From positions 1 to 64,000 of the forward strand of contig CAVQUB010000030.1 in the NCBI GenBank assembly GCA_963716725.1: DNA of 64,000 nt, in the 5' to 3' direction. The stretch comes from an uncultured delta proteobacterium (GTDB lineage: Bacteria > Myxococcota_A > Polyangia > Polyangiales > Polyangiaceae). Below are positions 16,743 to 25,976 of the stretch, piece after piece. Positions within the stretch are counted from its first letter, which is position 1; each line of letters begins with the position of its first letter. The notes under the pieces were generated by a model. That model saw only the letters and a list, made by a program, of their open reading frames with translations. It did no database searches and was not told the origin of the DNA. The position numbers and the translations under genes were made by a program.

Positions 16743-17387
16743 TCAGTCTCGCTCGACCAGCAGCGCGCGGGCGCGGTCGGCGCGTTTTGCCGAGCGCTCG
16801 ACGCCGATCGCGTCGAGGCCGTGCGCGTTGGCCACCGCGAGCATGGTGCCCATCCCGCAGAAGGGGTCGACCACCGTCGTGGCCGTCGTGCTTTGTTTCA
16901 GGAAGCGGCACACGGCCGCGCACACATCCACCCCCATCGCTCGCGGCCACGGCATCTCGCCCAGGCGCGGCAGCACGTCGGCGAACGAGTCCCGAGGCTC
17001 GAGGCGCAGCTCACGGGAAAAACAGAGCAGGTGGGCGTAGGCGGGTCGCCCGAAGGTGGCTCGTCCGGCGGGCGCGCGGCACACGACCTTGTGCCAGAGC
17101 AGCTCGACCGCGGCGAGCTCCGCGCCCTTCGCGACGAGGTATGCCTTGTCGACCCAACGACCCTCGCGCTTGATATCGGTCTGGAAGAAGATCGCGACGG
17201 ACTGGTCGGAAATCTGGCGCAGCGCGAGCGCGGCGGTCTCCACGAACCAAGCCTTCCAGCCCTCGAAGCCCAGCTGCGGCAGCTCCGACGTGTCGGGCAT
17301 CGATGTGACGACAGCGTGTGACGCGGGCAAGCGCTCGCGGGCGAGCCACGCGACCCCGTCGCCGTGATGCACCGTGCGGGTGGGCAT
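16743..17387 (-). CDS. SAM-dependent methyltransferase (DNA-methylase-like fold)
   Basis: VVTSMPD (motif IV-like) and VVDPFCGMGT..GVE (SAM-binding motif I). Confidence 0.75.
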   Translation of the reverse strand: MPTRTVHHGDGVAWLARERLPASHAVVTSMPDTSELPQLGFEGWKAWFVETAALALRQISDQSVAIFFQTDIKREGRWVDKAYLVAKGAELAAVELLWHKVVCRAPAGRATFGRPAYAHLLCFSRELRLEPRDSFADVLPRLGEMPWPRAMGVDVCAAVCRFLKQSTTATTVVDPFCGMGTMLAVANAHGLDAIGVERSAKRADRARALLVERD

Positions 17388-17409
17388 GTCCGAGCCATGT
17401 TAGGCTGCG

Positions 17410-19212
17410 ATGATGGCGAGGCGTCGGGGATTCGGACGGGGTGTGCTGATGGGGTCGCTGCTCACGGTCTTCGCGACCCCAGTTGCCGCAGAGCAATCGA
17501 AGCTCTGGGGGGCGAAGGGTGAACTCTTCGTGCCCACCGGACGGATCATGGATTGGTCCTACGCCGGCTATCGCGCTGGCGAGGTCGCGCTTCCGAGCCT
17601 GAAGCCCACGCTCAACGTCACCGATCACGGGGCGAAGGCCGACGACAGCACGGACGACACGGCGGCCTTCGTGGCGGCTCTCGGGGTGGCCAAAGCTGGA
17701 GACGTGGTGGGCATCCCCGCTGGCATCTTCATCATCAAGAAGAAGTTGACGGTGCCGAGTGGCGTGGTGCTCCAGGGCGCTGGGCAAGACAAGACGATCC
17801 TCGACGTTCCGGTCAGCCTCACCGACGCCTACGGTAACCCTGGGCTCGCAAGCGGGACTTCGACTTACTCCTTTGGTCAGGCGTTCATCGAGGCCTCCGG
17901 CAGTGACGGTGGAGCCACCCTCGCGACGGTCACTCAAAAGGCGCTGCGCGGCGACACCAAGCTCACGCTGAGCACCACCACTGGCATTGCCGTGGGCGAC
18001 TGGATCCAGATCGAACAGACCGATGTGGGAGGTGCACTGATGAAGCGCCTGCACGCCGGGCTGCTCGACGGCGGCAGCGACAACATCGGCGACAAGGGCA
18101 TGGACTTCTACACGCGGGTGAAGGCCATCGGTGCCGGCGGGATCGAAATCGAGCGCGCGCTGCCCGTCGACGTCGAGCTCGGGTGGTCACCCACGGTCAA
18201 GAGCGTGAAGCCGAAGACGAGCGAGGTCGGCATCGAACACCTGGCCCTGCGCTTTCCACCGACGACCTACCCCGGGCACTTCAAGGAGCCCGGCTACAAC
18301 GCCATTCACTTCAAGAGTGTGCAGAGCTCCTGGGTTCGCAGCGTGAAAATCGTCAACTGCGACTTCGGAGTGAACATCACCGGTAGCCAGTTCGTGACCG
18401 TCCAGGACGTGGTCATCGAAACCACGAACTCTCGCAGTGGCCATCACGCGCTGAACAACGGTCACGGCGGTGACAACCTCTTCGTCGGCTTCGACTTGAA
18501 AGTGAAGCACGTGCACGACCTGACCAACGAGTGGTACGCGACCGGCGTGGTCTTCACCCAAGGCCGCGGCGACGATTTGGCGATGGACCATCACCGTGCG
18601 GCTCCGTACACCACGCTCTGGACCGAAATCGACTGCGGCGCCGGCACCCGGCCCTTCGCGAGCGGGGGCTCGTCCAATCGCGGTCCCCACACCGCTGCCT
18701 ACGACACGCTCTGGAACGTGACCGCCGCCAAAGACATGGTCTTTCCCAAAGACGACTACGGGCCACGCATGAACTACGTCGGTTTTCGGACCGCCGCGAC
18801 GAAGGTCACCTCGCCCTACGATTGGTGGTTCGAGGCCGTCGCGCCCAAGAACATCGACCCTCCCAACTTGTGGATCGCGATGCGCGACCGCCGGCTCGGC
18901 GCGGGAACCGGCGGCAGCGCAGGTTCGGGCGGCAGCGCAGGTTCGGGCGGCAGCGCAGGTTCGGGCGGCAGCGCAGGTTCGGGCGGCAGCGCAGGTTCGG
19001 GCGGCAGCGCAGGTTCGGGTGGCGTTGGGGCGAGCGCTAGCAGCGGCGGGACCGGCACCGGCGGCACGGGCGCGGGGACCGGCGGCGCCGCCGCGAAGCC
19101 GACGACGGACGAATCGAGTGGCTGTGGGTGTCGTACCGCGCCGCTGCGGCACGACGCGTGGTGGCTCGCCGGGACCCTGCTCTTGTGGGGTGCTCGCCGC
19201 CGGAGGCGCTGA
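17410..19212 (+). CDS. Secreted right-handed beta-helix polysaccharide-active enzyme (pectate_lyase_3/GH28-like) with MYXO-CTERM anchor
   Basis: Signal peptide; DWSYAGY, NVTDHGAKADDSTDDTAAF, VVLQGAG; Gly/Ser linker; C-terminal SSGCGCRTAP..WWLAGTLLLWGARRRR. Confidence 0.82.
   Translation: MMARRRGFGRGVLMGSLLTVFATPVAAEQSKLWGAKGELFVPTGRIMDWSYAGYRAGEVALPSLKPTLNVTDHGAKADDSTDDTAAFVAALGVAKAGDVVGIPAGIFIIKKKLTVPSGVVLQGAGQDKTILDVPVSLTDAYGNPGLASGTSTYSFGQAFIEASGSDGGATLATVTQKALRGDTKLTLSTTTGIAVGDWIQIEQTDVGGALMKRLHAGLLDGGSDNIGDKGMDFYTRVKAIGAGGIEIERALPVDVELGWSPTVKSVKPKTSEVGIEHLALRFPPTTYPGHFKEPGYNAIHFKSVQSSWVRSVKIVNCDFGVNITGSQFVTVQDVVIETTNSRSGHHALNNGHGGDNLFVGFDLKVKHVHDLTNEWYATGVVFTQGRGDDLAMDHHRAAPYTTLWTEIDCGAGTRPFASGGSSNRGPHTAAYDTLWNVTAAKDMVFPKDDYGPRMNYVGFRTAATKVTSPYDWWFEAVAPKNIDPPNLWIAMRDRRLGAGTGGSAGSGGSAGSGGSAGSGGSAGSGGSAGSGGSAGSGGVGASASSGGTGTGGTGAGTGGAAAKPTTDESSGCGCRTAPLRHDAWWLAGTLLLWGARRRRR
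18910..19017 (+). repeat. Perfect 18-bp tandem repeat x6 (GGSAGS linker)
   Basis: GGCGGCAGCGCAGGTTCG repeated six times in frame. Confidence 0.9.
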
Positions 19213-19224
19213 GCTCGCGCGGCC

Positions 19225-21771
19225 ATGTCCCCGCGCCGTCGTGCGCCGCCCAGCGGCACCGATCCGCTCGAGCGCTATCGCGAGAAGCGCGATCCCGCGG
19301 GCACGACCGAGCCCTTCGCGACGGCGCCCGAGGGCAAGAGCTCGACGCGTGTCGGTCGCTTCGTCGTGCATCGTCACTCGGCGACCCGCGACCACTACGA
19401 CCTTCGGATCGAGATCGGCGGAACGCTGCAGAGCTTCGCGATCCCGCGCGGTCCGAGCCTCGACCCCGACGAAAAGCGGCTCGCGGTCCGCACCGAGGAC
19501 CACCCCGTCGACTACCTCGAGTTCGAGGGCGTGATCCCCGACGGCCACTACGGGGCCGGCCCGATGATCGTCTGGGATCTCGGGCGCGTGCGCTATCTCG
19601 AGACCAGCGCCGAGGAGGGCGTCGCGGGTGGAAAGATCGACTTCGAACTCGCGGGTTTCAAGCTCTCGGGCCGCTTCGCGCTCGTGCACACCGGAGCCCG
19701 TCGCGGTGAAGAGAGCCACTGGCTCCTGATCAAGAAGGCCGACGCCCACGCCCGAACCGATGCCGAACTCGACCCACGCAGCGTGCTCTCGGGGCTCGAC
19801 CTCGCCGAACTCGCGGATCTGCCGGCCCTGACCCGGCAGATCGAAGCGCATGCCGCCCAGCTCGGTGCGCCGGCCGGCGAAGTCGATGTCCGCGCGCTTC
19901 AGCCCATGCTGTGTGCCCTCGAGGGTGCGTCGCTCGACGACCCAAGCCGGCTCTACGAGCTCAAGCTCGACGGAGCGCGCATCCTCGCGTCGCGTCGAGG
20001 CGGCGCGGTCGTCCTCCGCTACCGCGCCGGGCGCATTTGCACCCAGACCTTTCCGGAAATCGCCCGGGCAGTCGCCAAACTGCCCGCCGAGCGCTGCGTG
20101 CTCGACGGCGAGATCGTCGCCTTTGACGACTTGGGACGACCTCGATTTCAACGTCTAGCGCCCCGGCTCATGAGCGTGCGTCCCGACGAACTCCTTCGAG
20201 TTCGTGACGAAGTCCCGGTCGCCTACTTGGCCTTCGATCTGCTCGAGCTCGGCGGCCGGTCCCTCGTTGGCCTGCCGCTCCGCGATCGCAAGGTATTGCT
20301 CGCCGAGCTAGTTCGCGGCCGCGGCCTGGTGCGCGCCCTCGATCACCTGGAGGGGCACGGCCGCGCCCTGTTCGACTTCTGCCGGGCTGAACGTCTCGAG
20401 GGGGTCGTCAGCAAGCGCGCTGACTCGCCCTATCGCCCAGGCCCTCGGCGCAGCGGCGATTGGGTCAAGATCAAGTGCGAGCGCGACGAGGACTTCGTGG
20501 TGGTCGGTTGGGAAGAGGGACGCGGCGCGCGCAAGCGCCTGGGATCACTCCGGCTCGCCAGCTTCGACGGAGAGGCGCTGGTGCTGCGCGGCAAGGTCGG
20601 TAGCGGGCTCGACGGCGCGACCCTCGACGCGATGGCAGCGCTGCTCGCGCCGTTGGAAGTGCCGGAGTGCCCCGCCCAAGCAGAACTCGATCGGCCGCGC
20701 GGCGGGGTCCACCACACGCGACCGGAGCTGGTGGTCAGCGTGCGCTTCGTGGGCTTCAGTGACGACGGCCGCCTGCGCGAACCCGTGTTCCGCGGCATCC
20801 GCGCCGACATGCCCGCGGGCTCGTGCACCGCTGCGCCACCCGGAGGCGACCGTCTCGACCCCGCGACGCTGCCCGAGGCGCCGCCGGCATCGACCCGCGT
20901 TTCGCTGACCAATCGCCAGAAGGTCTACTGGCCCGAGCAGGGCTACACGAAGGGCGATCTGCTCGAATACTACGCGACGGTATCGCCGGTGCTACTCCCG
21001 TTCTTGGTCGATCGCCCGGTGATCTTGCTGCGCTACCCGGACGGTATCCAGGGCAAGAGCTTCTTCCAGTGGCGCCCCCCGGATGGCGCCCCGTCGTGGC
21101 TCCACAGCGTCGAGCTCGGGGAGGGTGACAAGCGGGTGTTTGTCGTCGACTCGATGGACTCGCTGCTCTACGTGGTGAATCTCGGCTGCATTCCCCTCCA
21201 CGTGCTCGCGAGCCGGAAGTCGGATCTCGACTCCGGTGACTTCTTCACGATCGATCTCGATCTCGGCGCCGGATCGTTTCGCGACGCCATCTCGCTGATG
21301 CGAACGCTGCACGAACTCTTGTCAGTGGCGGGCTTGACGGGCTACCCCAAGACCAGCGGTCAGACCGGGCTTCACGTCCTGGTTCCGGTCGGCCCCAAGG
21401 TTTCTTTTGCGGTCACCCAGTTGTTGGCGGAGCTGTTCGGAAGGCTGCTCGAGGCACGTCACCCGAAGATTGCGACCACCGAGCGCAGCCTGGAGCGACG
21501 TGGAAAGCGGGTGTTCATCGATACTGGACAGGTGGGACGTTCGCGCGCCATCGTGGCGCCCTACTCGGTGCGTGCCGTCGAAGGTGCCACCGTGTCGACT
21601 CCCTTGAACTGGGACGAAGTCTCCCTCGCCCTGGATCCACGCAGCTTCGACATCCTGAGCCTGCCCGTTCGGATCGCCGCCCGCGGGGACCCACTCGCAG
21701 ACTTCTTCGAGCAACACCCCGACGTGGCCCGGGCCGTCGAGGCCCTCGAGGGCGCCACGCGCGGGGGCTGA
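19225..21771 (+). CDS. ligD: DNA ligase D (phosphoesterase - ATP-dependent ligase - polymerase)
   Basis: YREKRD..T.EP, H.ATRDHYDLRIE, GPSLDP..KRLAVRTEDHP; ELKLDG, EGVVSKR, WVKIK; GYTKGDLLEYY, RYPDG, KTSGQTGLH, PYSVR. Confidence 0.95.
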   Translation: MSPRRRAPPSGTDPLERYREKRDPAGTTEPFATAPEGKSSTRVGRFVVHRHSATRDHYDLRIEIGGTLQSFAIPRGPSLDPDEKRLAVRTEDHPVDYLEFEGVIPDGHYGAGPMIVWDLGRVRYLETSAEEGVAGGKIDFELAGFKLSGRFALVHTGARRGEESHWLLIKKADAHARTDAELDPRSVLSGLDLAELADLPALTRQIEAHAAQLGAPAGEVDVRALQPMLCALEGASLDDPSRLYELKLDGARILASRRGGAVVLRYRAGRICTQTFPEIARAVAKLPAERCVLDGEIVAFDDLGRPRFQRLAPRLMSVRPDELLRVRDEVPVAYLAFDLLELGGRSLVGLPLRDRKVLLAELVRGRGLVRALDHLEGHGRALFDFCRAERLEGVVSKRADSPYRPGPRRSGDWVKIKCERDEDFVVVGWEEGRGARKRLGSLRLASFDGEALVLRGKVGSGLDGATLDAMAALLAPLEVPECPAQAELDRPRGGVHHTRPELVVSVRFVGFSDDGRLREPVFRGIRADMPAGSCTAAPPGGDRLDPATLPEAPPASTRVSLTNRQKVYWPEQGYTKGDLLEYYATVSPVLLPFLVDRPVILLRYPDGIQGKSFFQWRPPDGAPSWLHSVELGEGDKRVFVVDSMDSLLYVVNLGCIPLHVLASRKSDLDSGDFFTIDLDLGAGSFRDAISLMRTLHELLSVAGLTGYPKTSGQTGLHVLVPVGPKVSFAVTQLLAELFGRLLEARHPKIATTERSLERRGKRVFIDTGQVGRSRAIVAPYSVRAVEGATVSTPLNWDEVSLALDPRSFDILSLPVRIAARGDPLADFFEQHPDVARAVEALEGATRGG

Positions 21772-21817
21772 ACCCATTGCGGTGTGCTACGGCTCCAACT
21801 GGCGAGGTGACGGTTTC

Positions 21818-22030
21818 GTGAAGAACGACGACGCAGCGGACGACGCAAACCAGCTCATCGCGGGTGGGCTCGGAGTTGGAGCCATCGGGGTCGTGGGTGC
21901 CGTGTTGCTCGGGGCGACCTGCCCGGTCTGCGTCGTGGCGACTCCGGCCTTGCTGGGCGCCGGGCTCTACAAGAAGTGGAAGCAAAGGCGGGCCATCCTG
22001 GACGACGAGCCCCCAGCCGCGCCAGAATGA
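21818..22030 (+). CDS. Small membrane protein with CPVC motif
   Basis: GAGGTG RBS before GTG; hydrophobic stretch GGLGVGAIGVVGAVLLGATCPVCVVATPALLGAG followed by a basic tail. Confidence 0.55.
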   Translation: MKNDDAADDANQLIAGGLGVGAIGVVGAVLLGATCPVCVVATPALLGAGLYKKWKQRRAILDDEPPAAPE

Positions 22031-22034
22031 CTGG

Positions 22035-22778
22035 ATGTGGCGCGCTGCCTTCATCTGCATCCTCGCGCTGGTCGGCTGTAGCGGGAGCGATTCGTCTGGT
22101 TCGAACGGGACGGGTGGCGCGGCTGGTGCCGGTGGCGCGGCTGGCGCCGGTGGACTCGCGGGTGCGGCCAACGCCGAGCAGGTCAAGGGTTGGGCCCGCC
22201 AGGTCGCGCTCGGGACCGAGTACGGTTCAGGTGACAAGGTCATCGCGCGATGGAACACCTCGCCGTCACTCTCGGTGGTGCAGGGAACTGCGGCGGACCG
22301 CGTCCACCTCGACGAGCTGATCCCGGTCTTGAACAAAGAACTCGGCGCCAACAAGATTCAGGTGGTTGCAGATGGCGACGAAGGCGCGCAGATCCGAGTG
22401 TATTTCGTTCCGCTCGCCGAGTTCGACGGCATTGGTCAGAAGAACGGGTTCCCGGTCGTGCCCGGGAACTACGGCTACTTCTACATGTTCTGGGACCAGA
22501 GCCGCGCGCTGACCAAGAGCTTCGTGCTGCTGGCCACGGACGTGCTGTCGGGCGACCAGCTCCGTCACTACACCTTCGAAGAGCTGACGCAGTCCCTCGG
22601 GATGGCGTCGGACTCGGAGGTCTTCGACGACAGCATCTTCTACGCGAGCGGCTTGGAGGGCGGCGACGCCACCGAGCTCAGCAGTCTGGACAAGCGTCTG
22701 CTGCGTTTCGTCTACGCCCGCACCACGCCAGGCGATGGTCCGGCGGCATTCGACGCGGCTTTCGATCAGTTCTTCTGA
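22035..22778 (+). CDS. DUF2927-like lipoprotein
   Basis: Lipobox LVGC; EELTQSLGM..DS....SIF..LSSLDKRLLRFVY. Confidence 0.75.
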   Translation: MWRAAFICILALVGCSGSDSSGSNGTGGAAGAGGAAGAGGLAGAANAEQVKGWARQVALGTEYGSGDKVIARWNTSPSLSVVQGTAADRVHLDELIPVLNKELGANKIQVVADGDEGAQIRVYFVPLAEFDGIGQKNGFPVVPGNYGYFYMFWDQSRALTKSFVLLATDVLSGDQLRHYTFEELTQSLGMASDSEVFDDSIFYASGLEGGDATELSSLDKRLLRFVYARTTPGDGPAAFDAAFDQFF

Positions 22779-22781
22779 AGC

Positions 22782-23087
22782 TCAGCGGACTTCAGTGCCC
22801 TGCGTCTCGACCACGTGGGGCGCCACGTAGGCCGGTTGCCGCGATTGCAGGGCTTGTCCCTGATCTCGTTGGTAGCGGCGCAGGGCGAAGAGCAGCCCCG
22901 TCCCGGCGCCGAGCAACGCGACGAGGTCGTCGATCCAGCCCACGAGCAGCACCACGTCGGGCACCAGATCGAGGGGCATGATGACGTACAAGACCGCCAG
23001 AACTAGGAACGCCTTCGCAAAGAACCCCGCCTTGGGGTTCAGGAAGAAGCGCAGGGTCGTTGCCAGGTCGGTCGCTCGTTCTTTCAT
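22782..23087 (-). CDS. YkvA/DUF1232 family membrane protein
   Basis: YVIMPLDLVPDVVLLVGWIDD. Confidence 0.88.
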   Translation of the reverse strand: MKERATDLATTLRFFLNPKAGFFAKAFLVLAVLYVIMPLDLVPDVVLLVGWIDDLVALLGAGTGLLFALRRYQRDQGQALQSRQPAYVAPHVVETQGTEVR

Positions 23088-23188
23088 GGCTCACTCCGCG
23101 AGACAGACCCGCCCAAGCTAAGGCCCCATCGAATTCGTGCAAGGGGCGCCCTTGGCAGGTGGCACGGCAGGCCTTACCAAAGGCCGCC

Positions 23189-24037
23189 ATGCCGAAGTAC
23201 GATCTGGAGGGCAAGACGTTCGTGGTGACCGGGGCCAACACCGGGATCGGCAAGGAAACGGCACGCAGCCTGGCCGCGCGGGGCGGCCGAGTGGTGCTCG
23301 CCTGCCGGTCCAAAGACAAGACTCTGCCGGTGATCGACGAGATCCGCGCCCAGACGGGCAGCGACGCTCTGAGCTTCGTGCCCCTCGATCTCGAGGAGCT
23401 CTCGTCGGTGCGGCGCGCCGCGGAGCAGATCCTCGCGGAGCAGCCTGCCATCCAGGTGCTCGTGAACAACGCCGGCCTCGCCCGTGCGCCCGGGCTCACC
23501 AAGGACGGCTTCGAGCGCACCTTCGGCGTGAATCACCTCGGCCACTTCTTGCTCACTCGCCTCTTGCTCGAGCGGCTCGAGGCATCGGCGCCGGCCCGCA
23601 TCGTAAACGTCGCCAGTCAGTCGCACTACCGAGCCCAGGGCATCGATTTCGGGGCTTTGCGGGAGCCCACGAAGACTTACTCGGGCATGCCGGAGTACGA
23701 GGCGAGCAAGCTCTGTAACGTGCTATTCACGGCGGAGCTCGCGCGCCGCCTCGAAGGCAAGCCGATCACCGCCTACGCGGTGCATCCTGGCGTCATCGCG
23801 TCGGACATTTGGCGCGGGGTTCCCTGGCCCTTCGGCTCCATCGCCAAGCTCTTCATGAAGAGCAATGAAGAGGGCGCCGCGACCTCGCTTTATTGTGCGA
23901 CGTCGGACGAAGTCGCTACCCACTCCGGACGCTACTACTCGAACTGCCGCGAGAAGAAGCCGAATCCTGCGGCTCTCGATCGCGATCTCGCCCGAGAACT
24001 CTGGGAAAAGAGCTCGCAGTGGGCCGGGCTCGACTGA
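23189..24037 (+). CDS. Short-chain dehydrogenase/reductase (retinol-dehydrogenase-like)
   Basis: TGANTGIG, NNAG, GVNHLGHFLLT, YEASK, VHPG. Confidence 0.92.
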   Translation: MPKYDLEGKTFVVTGANTGIGKETARSLAARGGRVVLACRSKDKTLPVIDEIRAQTGSDALSFVPLDLEELSSVRRAAEQILAEQPAIQVLVNNAGLARAPGLTKDGFERTFGVNHLGHFLLTRLLLERLEASAPARIVNVASQSHYRAQGIDFGALREPTKTYSGMPEYEASKLCNVLFTAELARRLEGKPITAYAVHPGVIASDIWRGVPWPFGSIAKLFMKSNEEGAATSLYCATSDEVATHSGRYYSNCREKKPNPAALDRDLARELWEKSSQWAGLD

Positions 24038-24067
24038 GCGGCACGGACCAAGTTAGGGTGCGGCCCC

Positions 24068-24382
24068 ATGAGCTTCGGAGTCGAACACGCCCATTCCCTG
24101 ACCGCCGACGATGCGCGCGCGCGTATCAAGGCGCTCGGAGAGTACCTCTCGAACAAACACGGCATCGCCGTGACCTGGACTGGCGACGATCAGGCCAAGA
24201 TCGCCGGTAAGTACCTGGTCGTCTCCATCGAGGGGACGGTCAGTATCGAGAGCAACCGAGTGCGTTTCGAGGGCAAGGATCCGGGCATGCTCTGGCGCGG
24301 CAAAGCGAAAGACTACCTCGCGGCCAAGCTCCAGAAGTACTTGAACCCCGCGACCCGCCTCGAAGACCTGCCGACCCGCTGA
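24068..24382 (+). CDS. Polyhydroxyalkanoic-acid-system family small protein
   Basis: HAHSL...DARARIKAL..YL..KHGI..TW.GD..; size and pattern fit the PHA_gran_rgn family. Confidence 0.6.
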   Translation: MSFGVEHAHSLTADDARARIKALGEYLSNKHGIAVTWTGDDQAKIAGKYLVVSIEGTVSIESNRVRFEGKDPGMLWRGKAKDYLAAKLQKYLNPATRLEDLPTR

Positions 24383-24392
24383 GCGCGTGCGG

Positions 24393-25703
24393 TCAGTCGA
24401 GCTCGTTCTCGACCTCGAGCTCCGGAGCGACGGCCCAGCGCCCGTCTTTCCCCCGCGAGAGTGTGACGCTGTACTTGGAGAGCACGCCGTCTCCGTCGAG
24501 ATCGCCGACGGCGCGCACGACCACCTTCTGTCGGCCCGGCGCGGCCTCCACTTCGTAGGCGAAGTACTGCCTGCCCGTGACGCTGAAACTCGCGGCGGTC
24601 CAGGTTGGGTGCCTCCACCACGTCGCATCTGAAGTCACCGCGGCTCCCTTGGGCACGTCACGGGGCGTGCGCGGGGCCGAAGCGGGTACGGCCTTCCCGC
24701 CCTCGAGATGGCTGAGCAGCCCTTTCGCGATGATCATCACGTTGTGTTTGGCTTCCGACTCCTTGGCGCGGCCGAGGTATTGCCGCGCGCCGTGCACACC
24801 GATGGAAGCGAGGGCGCCGATCTGGCGCACTTGCGCAGCTTGATCGCCATCGATGGTCAGCTCGTGGACCACGCGCCGGTCCTGGAGCCAGGTGCGCTGG
24901 GTTCCGACCAGGAGCTGAAGACCCTTCGCGGCGAGGCTCTTGGGATCGATCCTCTGCTGCATCTCCCGCGCCGCCTCGACGCTGTCCAGCTCGATCTCGG
25001 TGTGCACGAGCAAGCGCTCTGGCGCGGGTGCCACTACGAGCGCGCCGCCCACTATGGGCACTCCGGCCTCGGCGGCCGGCAAACGCATGGCTCCGGCCAA
25101 GGCAGCGGTCGAAAACGACAGCGCTGCCCGGGCGAAGTCCGGAACGCTGGGGCCGCCTCCAGCTTCGATACGGCTTCTTGCGGATCGGACCGAGGCGTCG
25201 TCGCCGGCCAGCACCAGCTCCCCGACGCTCTCGACGGCGAGGCCAGGCAGCAGTTTCTGCACGCAAGTGACGACCTCGCCCGGTGGCCGATTCGTGGAGA
25301 TGGCGGCGGCACCGGTGAAGTCCCGCTTGCCGCCACCGGTCGCGGTGCCGGTCCAGGTGATGAAGCGGATGGCCTCGACCGGGTCAAAGCCGCAGCTCGC
25401 TCGCGCCGCCGCCAGCGGATCGTCGCCGAGCTTGGCAACTGTCTCGCGGTAGGCGACTACCAGCGGGCTCTTTCGCAGGCGCTCGCCGTCGATGTGCACC
25501 ACGACGGAAGAGCTCGAGTCCACGATGGCGAGAGTTGGCGCCGTGGGAAGTGAGCCTTCACCGAGTCGAGTGGGCTCGGTCAGGCTGTCGGGCTTCGCCA
25601 CGACCGTCTCGGTCCGCGACTTCGGCGGGGCGTTCGTGGTTGGCGGAGCGCAAGCGGCGCACCCCAACGCCAAGATGAAGAGCACCGTTCCGTTTCCTGC
25701 CAT
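24393..25703 (-). CDS. Lipoprotein with C-terminal type IV pilin-like domain
   Basis: Lipobox LGC; C-terminal IGALASIGVHGARQYLGRAKESEAKHNV...W....F...QYFAYE...AVGDLDGDG, like deltaproteobacterial PilA. Confidence 0.65.
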   Translation of the reverse strand: MAGNGTVLFILALGCAACAPPTTNAPPKSRTETVVAKPDSLTEPTRLGEGSLPTAPTLAIVDSSSSVVVHIDGERLRKSPLVVAYRETVAKLGDDPLAAARASCGFDPVEAIRFITWTGTATGGGKRDFTGAAAISTNRPPGEVVTCVQKLLPGLAVESVGELVLAGDDASVRSARSRIEAGGGPSVPDFARAALSFSTAALAGAMRLPAAEAGVPIVGGALVVAPAPERLLVHTEIELDSVEAAREMQQRIDPKSLAAKGLQLLVGTQRTWLQDRRVVHELTIDGDQAAQVRQIGALASIGVHGARQYLGRAKESEAKHNVMIIAKGLLSHLEGGKAVPASAPRTPRDVPKGAAVTSDATWWRHPTWTAASFSVTGRQYFAYEVEAAPGRQKVVVRAVGDLDGDGVLSKYSVTLSRGKDGRWAVAPELEVENELD

Positions 25704-25976
25704 GCAGGGCGAGCTAGCACGGATTCCTTCGCCGCGTCACTCGACGATCAGAATGCACTGACGCCATCCGTGCGGAGTGCCGACTCGCGCCGCGTCTGCG
25801 GCATGGAGTCGCATGCCATGGGCAACAGCAAGCCCCATGCCCAACGCTGGCGTGGCTAAACCGCGCGATTCACCAGCTGCGCGGTGCCGCAAGCGCGCGC
25901 ACTGTGGTCGTTCTGCGACACCTGGCAGGGACTCGGCTGCTTCTCGGTGGCCAGCCGCTGCTATGATCGCCGCGAG

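Noticed and set aside
16743..17387. Restriction-modification system
   Set aside because: No endonuclease or specificity gene is adjacent and the catalytic motif is non-canonical
18910..19017. Regular direct repeats as a possible CRISPR array
   Set aside because: Repeats are contiguous without spacers, in frame, and encode a GGSAGS linker; no cas genes are present
25704..25976. Small RiPP precursor upstream of the B12 radical SAM remnant
   Set aside because: Only very short ORFs without RBS or precursor-like features; not supportable
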